Shown: positions 53,001 through 64,000 of the stretch, in pieces
Position numbering within the stretch: the stretch's first letter is position 1
Layout of the letters: the number at the start of each line of letters is the position of its first letter
Source of the DNA: Blastocystis sp. subtype 4
Taxonomy: Eukaryota
NCBI RefSeq assembly: GCF_000743755.1
Contig: NW_014569546.1
Location: 1 to 64,000 of the forward strand
DNA: 64,000 nucleotides
Reading direction: 5' to 3'
Notes under the pieces: model-generated
Told to the model about the DNA's origin: nothing
The model's input: only the letters and a program-made list of their open reading frames with translations
Database searches by the model: none
Translations under genes and position numbers: made by a program

Positions 53001-55230
53001 AATGAATCAGAAACAAATCGTTGATCGAGAAGCTGACAATCACTTACAATTAAAGGTTTGCTATTATCACTAATCGTGTCAACAATATTCTCAAAAAGAA
53101 CAATCCAACTCAAATAATCACTCAATTCATTCTTTGTGAATGTGGTATGTTCAACAATTGGATACATATAGAGAAGTGAAGGACCGATAGCAAAGAAATC
53201 TGTTTCCTTGACTCCTATCTGATTCTCTTTTAGATCATCCAACAAGGATTTTAGAATAAATGATCTACATGTATTGTCGTCTGTAGGAAGAGAGAGATCA
53301 GATAAAAGACTTAGAACAGATAAAAGATTCTTTGCCAAATAGGACACCTCTGGGTCTGCATGATGAATGAGACTTACTAATGTCTCGGGAAGTTTTGCTC
53401 GAATACATACAGACACAACAAGTGCCAGATATACTGTGAGAACATTCACTTGAGTCCTCTCAGAATATGAGAAGCCCAACCGATCAACAAACAAACTGCA
53501 GTCATTCCAATACACACTTTGATGATGAACTTCAGCCTCATTCACAAGACTTGGTGTGGGAATTCCCAATAGAGTAAATAATGTTGAGAGGATTTCCTTT
53601 GCCACCTGAGGAGATTCATCACTCTGTGTTGCCAATGTATTGACATAATGACTGAATCCGCCAGTCTCACTTCCAAAGAGTAACAGACCATTCCATGATC
53701 TCATGACTGTTAAAACTGCTAGATTGGCAATGTAATATGGTGATGCAAGCGAGTCTTCAGGAGTATTGGGTTTTGTCAATGTATCGTCACCCAGCAATGG
53801 GTCCATGATAACTTGAAGATCAAGAAGAGACTTCGTTTGACGAAACGACTGATCACTTAAAAAGTACAGACAAGCAAGGAGTGTGGATTGAAGAAGAGAG
53901 GCATTTTGGGTATCGATACAACCTTGAAGAAGCACACAATAACCATCACAAAGAAAGAGTGAACGAGGATAGGCAATGAAAAGTTGAAGGAGGAGATGAA
54001 GAGATGGAAAACGGAGAGGGTCATTCTTCGCTCCAGCTACAGCAATTATCGACATTAGCAGTGAACGAGGGAGAGATGCTGGACTTTGCTCAATCCATGT
54101 ACTTAACAAGCGATATGCTGCTTCTCGTTCAGCAAGCTGTTTATCAGACGACTCGAACGATGCTATGATAAAGAGATGACATTTGAGAGAGAAAAGACAA
54201 GACATCCAACCTTCAGAAACAGGAAACTGAGCAATCCATTGGAGAGCTAGTAATAACAAGATTTGATAGAACATGCCTGCGATACGCAATTGAGATGAAC
54301 TGGATACTAAGAGTTCCCGAAGTACCAACATAAGCTGAACGAGATTGAAATGCTGTTTCTTGTGAAGAGACAGCTTTAGTTCCTTCAGAGTTGCTAAGAT
54401 TCGTTCTGTTTGGCAGTCTTGTTGTAGCAACTGATGAATGTACTACGTGAAACTTGCATCATATCCCTACCAATACAATTCCATCAATATTTCCTTCTCG
54501 GATATATTCAAGCCCTTGATTCTCTGTCACTACTTCCCTAATGGTCACATTCCCATTCTTCTTTCTACTCATCTCTCATAACTAGCTCGACATTTGTGAT
54601 TTGCTGAAATGTTTCATCAATACAATGGAACAAAGAAGTCGCAGACGATTCTTCTTCATCAGAATGCTCTACAGATTCTTGAGATTCTTTTACCAGATGC
54701 ATTCCATGAGTTGATTCTTCTGCAGGAGAAACAGAAATAAGTTGATTCTGAAGAGTAGAAACTTGAGGAAAGGAATGAAGGAGGGATCGTTGTTGACTCG
54801 AGTGATTCATTGAATCAGGTACACTTGAATCCATACTTTCTGCTGAGAGGAAACTGGAAGATACTTTTTGGATGGGTGATGAACGAACAATAGGTCGTTG
54901 AGGAGAATATTTATCCAATGTTACTGACAACTCATGGAGAACGTTTTCATCAGATAATTGAACAGGTTGAGGTGTTGCTACAGGCAGATTATGCAAATAA
55001 GACTTGTAATGATAAGGATCTTCAACTATTGATAAGAAAAAGGAGATATATCGATACGATGAATATCTGCTTCGTTATCATAGTATTCCAACATCAGTTC
55101 TAGATCTCGTCTACAATTCATTCAGTAGATAGGAATTATACCTGTCATCAATTTTCTTGAGATATTCAGCAAAACTAGAATCATCATCACTTTGATTTGT
55201 TCCTAGGGCATTCGTAAGGAGATCAGCCAT
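50073..55230 (-). CDS. RICTOR: Rictor/Avo3 (TORC2 subunit)-like protein
   Basis: EREAAYRLL, MRSWNGLL, PHLFGSL...RG..LL, SVLWAVAHI...EG, LSLRATC motifs in Rictor order. Confidence 0.75.
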
Positions 55231-55584
55231 AGGGCAGATTTGCACTCTTTATGATCAATCCCGCTTCGCTTGGTGACGATTAAGGAAAATGGAATGGAAG
55301 AAATAGGAGCAAATTACGGAATTCCCATTCATAAAAAGGAGTGGCATTCTCTCTTCATAGTTAGATTCAAAACTAGAGAATCCAGAGATGGTATTCAAAA
55401 GGAGATACAGTATTATGATAACGAAATAGAGGCATTATTCTGTAAAAACGAAACAGGAAGAATAATTGGGTATAACATAACTATATCGAATATAACCCAA
55501 TCAAGTCACAAGAAATATGCTCCATGATATTTTGATTCCTACCCTTTATCTTTTGATTCATATTTCTTTAGTTTGATTCTTTAA

Positions 55585-55992
55585 ATGGCTCGTACTAAGC
55601 AAACTGCAAGAAAGAGTACTGGAGGAAAGGTTCCTCGTAAACAACTGGCTACCAAGGCTGCTCGTAAGTCTTCTCCCGCTGCTGGAGCTGTGAAGAAGCC
55701 CCATCGTTACAGACCGGGAACTGTAGCTCTTCGTGAGATCCGCAAGTATCAGAAGAGCACCGAGCTTCTGATCCGTAAGCTTCCCTTCCAAAGACTAGTG
55801 CGTGAGGTTGCTCAGGACTTCAAGAACGATCTCCGTTTCCAGGGTTCTGCTGTTATGGCTCTCCAGGAGGCTGCTGAAGCTTATCTTGTCTCTCTCTTTG
55901 AGGATACGAACCTGTGCGCTATCCATGCCAAACGTGTGACGATTATGCCTCGTGATATGCAGCTTGCTCGTCGTATTCGCAACGAGAAGTAA
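55585..55992 (+). CDS. H3: Histone H3 (intronless, SAVM type)
   Basis: [14 protein letters not shown]...; complete histone fold. Confidence 0.99.
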   Translation: MARTKQTARKSTGGKVPRKQLATKAARKSSPAAGAVKKPHRYRPGTVALREIRKYQKSTELLIRKLPFQRLVREVAQDFKNDLRFQGSAVMALQEAAEAYLVSLFEDTNLCAIHAKRVTIMPRDMQLARRIRNEK

Positions 55993-56009
55993 ATGATGAC
56001 AAATGAACG

Positions 56010-56025
56010 GGTGTTTTTCAATACC
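56010..56025 (+). promoter_or_regulatory. Histone 3' stem-loop
   Basis: GGTGTT-TTTC-AATACC: 6-bp stem and 4-nt loop, starting 18 nt after the H3 stop. Confidence 0.8.
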
Positions 56026-56051
56026 ACTTACCATGTTTGTAAACAAACATA

Positions 56052-56685
56052 CTATTCAATCTTTGCTTGCGAGAAATCCATTTCTGGATGCTACAACTAT
56101 AACTATCTTCCAAAATTTACATCTTTCATAAATTGCTGAATCACCTTGTCCTTATCGGTACTTTCTTTCTTAGGATGATTCTGTTCGTACTACAATTCAA
56201 GGGTAAACGCAATTATACCATCATTTTCTCAACTTGAGAGCGGACACTTCCATCCAACGCATCTAGGTTGACTGGAGGCGGCTCAATCTTTGACACATCA
56301 ATACTTTTCTCGCCTTGAATCGCATATGGCCACCAGTGCTCTCCTTCATTCTTTTCCAATTCAATTCGAAGATACCGTTGATTGTTTTCAGTCTCTAAGG
56401 TCCATACAGAGTTGTCTACTTTGATACGCTGGTATAAGTTACCCTAAATACTATCACTTCGAAAAATTCTTACATTCAGAATCGGTGATTCTTCACCTTT
56501 TATACAGATATATAAATGATTTGGTTCAATTCTACAATCCACATTCCGTGCACGAAGGGAAGCATTCACCGGAATTGTGATGGTGACATCATGAAGTGTT
56601 TGAACCCAAGAATACCGTTCAAAGTCAGCTCCAAAGCCGTTATTAGCTATGGATGAAATGAAAAATAATTGAACCCACGTTCCAT
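56052..56685 (-). CDS. NUDC: Short NudC-family co-chaperone (CS/p23 plus C-terminal domain)
   Basis: PNNGFGADFERYSWVQTL, HWWP.AIQGE, VEKMMYEQ, HPEMDFSQAKI. Confidence 0.88.
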
Positions 56686-56825
56686 TGAGGATTATATGAA
56701 GACCTGCTTACAGAACCATACAAACAACCAGAGAGAATGAAAAGCCTTACTACAATGAAAGAATGTCAAAACAAACAAAGATATCATGGATTCATGAAAC
56801 CAGGCAAAGACAGGTTCAAATGGCT

Positions 56826-56903
56826 TTATTTCGCACGAGCTCTCATTTGTCTTCTCTTGCGTCTCAGACGTCGCATACGCTTCTTAGCCCACTTAGCTCT
56901 CAT
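56826..56903 (-). CDS. RPL41: 60S ribosomal protein L41 (25 aa; absent from the ORF track)
   Basis: MRAKWAKKRMRRLRRKRRQMRARAK*. Confidence 0.95.
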   Translation of the reverse strand: MRAKWAKKRMRRLRRKRRQMRARAK

Positions 56904-56917
56904 CTACAATCACGATT

Positions 56918-56978
56918 ACTCATCCATTCGCCAAAGAACTGTATCAAATGACTTCAACACAAGTCCATTCATCATTCC
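56918..56978 (-). ncRNA. Candidate box C/D snoRNA in the RPL41 5'-UTR intron
   Basis: C box ATGATGA (56975-56969) and D-like ATGA (56923-56920) inside an 84-nt GT-AG intron (56987-56904). Confidence 0.45.
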
Positions 56979-57125
56979 CAAACCTACTTAGTTTTATGAA
57001 TACCAAATATAAGAAAACAGAAAGGTCAATGAACCCCCTGGATGCTAGATTCACAACTCTGGATTCTTCACCTGACCTAGAAATGCCCCACTCTTATTAT
57101 TGAAACAAACAAAGCTCAATATTTA

Positions 57126-57925
57126 TTAGCAACACTTCTTCCTGGTCTCCTCCTCCTCGAAATTGGAATTAAGACTGATCTTGATTGTTTTCTTCTCAAG
57201 TGGCATGGCATTCGATACTCCCTCCGTTGCTCCCAAAGAGTTACTCGAAGTCAGCTCGTAGATTTCTAGAGTTCAAATTACTTTCCAGTGAATACCCTTA
57301 AGTACCGTCGTGAAAGCGGCATCAATTCCAGTCTTATCATAAGCACTTGTTTCAATGAAAGCCATATTATGTTTTTCTGCATAAGCAATCGCTTCTTCGG
57401 TTGAAATACAACGCTGATTAGCCAAATCGCACTTGTTTCCTATCTACAGATAATTATAAGCCACAAAAAACTACTAGTATCACAACCATATCACCCTCGG
57501 AGTGCTGTCGAAGTTCGGACAACCAACCTTCTACATTCTCAAAGGATGACCTTGAAGTTATATCGTAAACCATTAGTGCTCCAACAGCACCTCGATAATA
57601 CCTACAATCACAAACTCCAGTTATGCCTACGCACTTGTTATAGATCGATAACGTTCTTGGCCAGCTATAAGATAACTCGCAAATATTCCTCGCTACATAC
57701 CTGTATCCCAAATCTGCGCTTTGATAATACTGTTGTTGATCTTTACACACTTGGATGAGAATTCGACTCCTACAGTCGCTTTTGAGTCTAAGCTGAACTC
57801 ATCCTTCGTAAATCTCGACAAAATATTGGTCTTACCGACATTAGAGTCTCCAATGAGAACAACTATTTTAGTTCAACAAGATCCACTTTCCTACTCTTAT
57901 ACAAGTAGTCATAACGGTCATCCAT
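57126..57925 (-). CDS. RAB11: Rab11 GTPase
   Basis: [48 protein letters not shown], ends KKCC*. Confidence 0.95.
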
Positions 57926-58229
57926 GGTTCAAGTTGATTGAAAAGTGGCTTTGAATTCTCAAAGCAAGTTAATGACCATCTTGCAGACTCGTGTTATCTC
58001 TTATGCAATGGTTAGGACAGGTGAATTCCCGTGCAGGACATCATCTATCTCAAATTGTGACAGCAACAAGATTACGATCAAACAAATCTATGGGAAGAAC
58101 CAAATGATCTATGAACAGATTCTGTTGATATAAAATTCCAGATATCTTGGTCTCAGTTTAGGCAGTTTGGGCTTGACCAAATTGGGTTGCCCTACCGCAT
58201 GATCGAATCTATGTAAAGAAGAAAATCCT

Positions 58230-61200
58230 ATGAGTCAGAAAGATCATACTTTGCGCCTGCAATTCAATTACGTGTCCCGAACGTTACCAGTCGTGCGAAG
58301 GGAATCAAATGTGTCTTTGAAGTCTTTGATCGATGAATTGTTTAAAGATATGAACTGCCACAGTGTTGCATTAAAGACATCATCTGAAGATGATATTCTT
58401 CCTCTGAGTGTCTTTGATGATTCTCCCCACTATCTGGATGAACTAGTAAGGAGGTCCTTGACGGATATCATTGTTGTGAATGAGAGTAAGAAGTGACTAA
58501 ACTGGAATGAGATGTAGCACCCTTCATTTTCATGAAGAATGAAGTGCCATTATTGACATATCAATCGTTTTCGGCGTTATTAGAGTTTATTCTTGACTGA
58601 TGGGATCATGTATAGTATCTATCATGCTGGAGAGACAATATTTCCCATTGACTTTGTGACCTTATGCACATCAATCCTTCATGTTGCTATTTGTTGATAA
58701 GTGTAACATATAGTGTACAAGTGTTCGTGTAGTATGTCGTTTAACCAATGCGATTTTCCAAGATAATTCTCGTTTTATCTCTCGACAAGCTCTATGGGAC
58801 AAAATCTCCTCTGTTCTTCAAATGAATCGTTGTAAACGTCTTTCTTTGTTATTTTCGCTCTATGCAGAAGAAAATACCGATCAGATTTCACTAGACAGTT
58901 TTGCTTCCATGTTAACAGTCTTCTACTGGATGAATGTCGTTGTGTATCAGAAAGGTCATTTATTTGACATGTGTGTTTTTATCGGATGATTTATCCTTAG
59001 TTCAACATTCATGAAAGTTGGCAAGGAGTGTGCTACTGCTCTCTTCAAAGATTACTGTCTCTCAAATCATCATTCAATCCGCTTTTCAGCTGTCTTTGAG
59101 TGGCTTCTGTATCATGGAGAACAGTATACACCTGCCCAAATTCACGAAGAGCCTATCACAGCATCATTTCAATGTAACGCAGGATTGCTCCTATCTCTCT
59201 GGTTCTTCTCTCTGGATCATCATAAAGCTGATTTTTCCAAAGTCCATTTTCTGTCATTCCATAATTTCTAGGCAATATCTCAATTGGTGTCGGTAGAGAA
59301 ACAACATCTCCAACTATCCACTCTGGATATCAATAACTTGCTAATGTCTCTTCTCCAACCTGATGTCTCCAGCAATGAATATGCCTACTTCAAACTTCTC
59401 TCTTCAGGAGTCATATCTCTCTTAGGAGAAGTTAGTTCAATCACTCTGTTTTGATGTGTAGTCTCCTTCAATCTCTCATATTCTCTTCATTCTTCTCTCC
59501 ATCTATCTGATTGGTTCACCAGATCTCGAAGTGAAAGATGTTGTACACAGTTTCTGTACAGCGTATGGAAGACCATTGAGAATTACTGATCTTCATTGTT
59601 TTGTGGACTGTATCCTCAAGTTAGCTAGTTCTCTTTCTCTCCAGTTCCCTGGAACTATTACTCTTCACAACAACCCAGTCAATGTGGAACAGATCATGAA
59701 CGAAATAACTAAAATTCTGGGTATTTTGGAGAATACAGAAATCAAAGAAGAAATCTTCATCTATATAGCAAAGGTCTGTCAAATTGGTGTCATGGGGGAC
59801 AATGATTCTGATCCGTGTACTCGAATTTGTGAGGAACTTCATATGAATTGTGAATCATTGAAAACACGACAAGAACCAGCATTTAATCATTGGTCCATGT
59901 TTATTACTAATGATAATTCCCTTGTTTATCATGACCTCAATCACGGTATCTGTCGTAATGATGAGTCATTCCAAGGTCTTACTCCTTTTGAAGAGGCCAC
60001 ATCTCCAGAACCAACTCTAGTCTCTAGTTCGCTCTTTCTTCACTCGATCTTCAATCCTGATTGGTCTCTTGGGTGCATGGCCAATGTACTTCTGTTAAGT
60101 GGTTATAACCTAGATATCACTAACTCATCTCTCAAACAAGCTGCTGATGGATCGACTCTCTCTTGAGTGTATCATCAACACATTCACAGTTCCACTGTCA
60201 CCTCGTTTATTCTTCTCTGATTACTCTCTTGTGATGGAACGGCTGTACGATACTGTGTCAATGCATCCTTCTGTTGACTATCTTACTACATTCTTCCGTC
60301 TGCTTACGTGGGGTCATGGAGCTACAATCAGTCGAGATGAGTTATTCTTGATTCTTATGGAATTACTAGTGGTGAAACTCCCATTTGAAGAAGGATTTGA
60401 ATATCTGTGGAAGGGATTACTGACGTTAACAGAAGCAACACAACAGTTTTCTATCCCTGTTCTGTTCCTCTTCGTTGAGACGCAAGTCCATCTCTTCAAA
60501 TCTCTCTTCCCTTCTGTAGCAGGAGGCATTGGACGTGACTGTTCGATAATCTATCAAACACTTCAAGCCATTCTCAGTACTCACACACCCACACTACCTC
60601 CGGAGTCAGAAGCATTGATGAATCGATTGGGAATCCAAGGCACTCTCTCATATCAAGATTTGATCACTCATTCCACGGCTCAAGCAGATCCTACAATAAT
60701 GAAAGCAATAATCACAACTCTCCTTCAAGAGAATCTCCTACGAATCGATCTGATTGTAATGAATCACTCAAATCCCTACTACACTCGAGTTCACACACTC
60801 CAACAGTATCTTGGAGTGGAGAATCGATCAATAGAAAGTGTGGTAGGAATTGTAACACGTCATACTACTGATGTCTCAGATCAGTTAATGAATCTCTATG
60901 ATTTTTTGAAGGTATTTTTGGAATTCCTCTTATCACATCTAGTTCTGGAATCGTTTCTTCCCTTTGGAACCTCAGTCTGCTTATGATCAACAGCGTGTGA
61001 TGGTAATCACAGACATCTTCGAGTTGCTGTGTATGAAGCCGAAGGAGATGGAAGTACAGGTTGTAGGAATAAGTGGGATGATTGAAAGGAAGATTGATGT
61101 TCGTGACATGTGTCTCTTCATCATGATTCTATTATGTGATGATATCGATACTTGGATTCAAGCTTATTCTCAAGTATATGAAAAAGAAGATAAGATTCTC

Positions 61201-64000
61201 TCCTTATCCGTTATCAGTCATATTCTGACTTTGATGTTCCAATCAACTGTTTATATTCAGTAATATGATTATTCCTTCTCTTATCATTAGGTCATCCTTT
61301 GTCTCTAACCCAACATTTTCATTCATTCCACTCATCAGTTCTCTTCTTGAGGAACTTGATATTGATCCTAACGCTTCCATTCTCACTTCTCATCTGCGTG
61401 CCATCTTAACTCTTCACTCTGCTCTTTTCCTTCCTTGCTCTTCTATTATCAACATGACACTTGCTGTGCCCAAGAAACCATACAATGCGGTAGTTACCAT
61501 ACTACGTCAGAAATACCCCCAATTTTTGGATTCGATTGGTGAATGGCAACAAGTGGCTGAAAAGGATTCATATGGTTGTATATACCGCGGGGATGTTTAT
61601 ACTTCATTATGTCTTATCCATGATACTCCAGAGAACATGACAATGCTACTACAACTGTTCAGCATGTTTATGCTTGATGCTGAAAAAGAGAATGACGCTT
61701 GTACTGAGGGTATGAATGTGGAATCTCTGTTGAAAAACTATGGTATTGTATGCTATGATTCATCACTCCTTCAAACCTTCTTCGCTACTTCTGCAGAAGG
61801 AGAATTGAGTTTTGAGGAGGTGTGTGGATTCTTTGATCGTTACTATCGAATCCACTCTCTGGTGTTTAAGTGTTCACTGAGTCCTCTTTCACGACAACGG
61901 TTAGCAGCACTTCATACACAAAGTCTATTTGAAGAAGTGAGTGCAATCTTCACTTCAAAAGTGACTCTTGATGATATGAGTAATTACATGCATAATCATC
62001 AACTCTTATCGATCACTGAACGTATAGAAATGATGGATAAACGTGACGAGATGTTGGCAAGGAAACTATCAGCAGATCCAGCAACATATCTGCCAATTCG
62101 ATCATCAGTTCGAGAGATGTCTACAATGAGTGTCAAGAATGCGGTTCCTTTATCTGGTATTTTGCTACCTCCTACAAATACGTCTGAAGGTGCTTCTGGT
62201 ACTGTGTCTGCTCCTGCTATTCCTACTGCAGTGCCTACAGCTTCTGCTATCCCCACAGCATCTGTTCCAACTGCAGCTCCCATCATTCCTCCTCCTATTC
62301 TCTCTTCTGCTCCAAATGTACCAGCAGATCCTCTCACTATGGTACATTCGATTCCAGTAGTTCCTACTCAGTCCTCTCAAACAATGAGTAATCCTGATCT
62401 CACTACACCTCTTCCTATGAACCGTACTTACGGAATCAAGAATCAGGCTTCAACAGACTTCACCTCTGCCTCTCACAAGCCTGGAGTTCCTACAGCCTTT
62501 TCTCAGCCTTCGATGTCGTATCCTCAACCTCCAAATCCTTGTCTAACTCAGGAGAAGTCTGTTTCTGGACCCTCGTCATGTCCATTATCATATGCAGATC
62601 TTTGTGACGCTAAGAACTTCGCTAAACCTCCTACGATGACTCTTCATACAGGAGATGGACATAGTACACCTCTCCCTGCATATCACTCACCTTTGATGTC
62701 ACCCAAAACAGCTATCCCAGACGTTCCTGTGGCCCCATCTCTTTCATCAGCTGTACCAATTACGAATTCAAAAGACAGTATTCATGATGTACCCACAGTC
62801 CAGATGGCTCGCCCTCTAGTACCTGAAGCCAAAGCTGTAGCTACTGTGTCTCCTTTGCCCTCCCTTACTGCAGAGATGGTACCCACTGTCTATTCAGAGA
62901 TATCAATCCCACTCTCACCACTTCACTCTGCGTCGCATCCAGTGCTTGATCAGCTTGTTCCGCCAGGATCAAATCAGGAATATGCTGATGAGACTATCTC
63001 TCCAATACAGCCAGAGAATGATTTCGTTAAGCACTCAGAGGAGGATTATTCTGCTGTGTTGAAGTGTATCGATGAGTACTCCTCCCACTTCCATTGTAAT
63101 TTGACTGAATTGGACAGTCTTCTCCAGGGAGTCACCACTTCAAGCATATCAAGTGAAGAGTTTACGACATTGGCTGAATCACTGGGATCCCAAGATATGG
63201 ACATGCTGAAAGATTTGTATCTTATTCTTGATAAGACGAGACAGAATGCAGTAAATCCGAGACATTTACGAGCAGTGATTCAGTTGACAATCCAAAATCC
63301 ATTCATTGAACGTCTTCATAACTGTGTATGTATTGGATGTTCAGTCACTGAGAATGCCATAAATACTCAAGATTTTGTATCACTTATTCCAATGATCATT
63401 CAATTCCTCACTGCCACAATTCCGACGTATTTTAATCACTTCCAGACTCATCCTTTTGATCCAAAAGCTTTCATTAACCAGCACCTTCCTGTCCAACCAA
63501 CTATCTCTCTTGACCAAGTCATATCTCTCCTTTATCAGATGGTTCAGGGGATTGTGGGTACGTTAAAGACAGATGAATTGGATTTGAAACTGACTGGAGT
63601 AAGCACTACTCCAAATGCCCTATATAGGCTGTTGTTAGAGGAGACAAGTTTGAATCCAATCAAAGGATTTGTTGACTCATTGTGTGAGGATGAATGTATG
63701 ACAAGGCTCAGGGTTTTGGACTTTGCCAAGTTGTGGTTTGACGTTTGTCATATCACTCCTTCTCCATCACAGGCAAATCAGTTTGCTCGAAAACTGTTTG
63801 ATATTGAAAAGAATGAGAATCAGACTGTTCATGTTTGTATAGTGGTTCATGATAATCAATAGATTGTGAGTGTACTTGGAGGTTTCCTTTCTCTTCTTCC
63901 ATCTCCCAAATTAATCCATGAGAATATTTACATTGATCAGAACGTGTTCATCTATTCATTCTTGTCAATGGTGCTAAATCGTCCTTCTCAGTTGTTACAG
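58230..64000 (+). CDS. Very large hypothetical protein with degenerate EF-hand-like segments and Pro-rich linker; runs off the window
   Basis: Series of long open exons (59531, 60147, 61265-63862) joined by short introns. Confidence 0.55.

Noticed and set aside
58158..58196. Hairpin upstream of the last gene
   Set aside because: Short, relies on several G-U pairs, and has no recognisable RNA-family motif

Overview
Gene-dense eukaryotic nuclear DNA with about 40 protein genes, one tRNA, short intergenic gaps and many ~30-nt GT-AG introns. A TGTTTGTT-like motif follows most gene ends, often starting exactly 5 nt after the T (or TA/TG) of a real or incomplete stop codon. This combination matches the stramenopile Blastocystis, where polyadenylation is known to create stop codons; the organism is inferred, not confirmed. 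Recognisable genes include PHB2 (3' end), ELP1, tRNA-Thr, V-ATPase G, a DP factor, RPS24, SEC10, TRM7, VAC14, a DHHC enzyme, a UBE2E-type E2, BUB3, LSM3, TruB, DRG2, PSMA4, RICTOR, histone H3, NudC, RPL41 and RAB11. Most unusual: (1) an intact P-type-ATPase derivative with no membrane domain or catalytic Asp, which would end in a CaaX box only if poly(A) creates its stop; (2) an SRR1-BPL_N fusion; (3) an Hsp70-NBD/MORN-like fusion; (4) three candidate U12 introns (two AT-AC, one AT-AG); (5) a histone stem-loop coinciding with the poly(A) motif; (6) a candidate intronic C/D snoRNA at RPL41. Gene models were spliced by eye, so boundaries of hypothetical genes are approximate.
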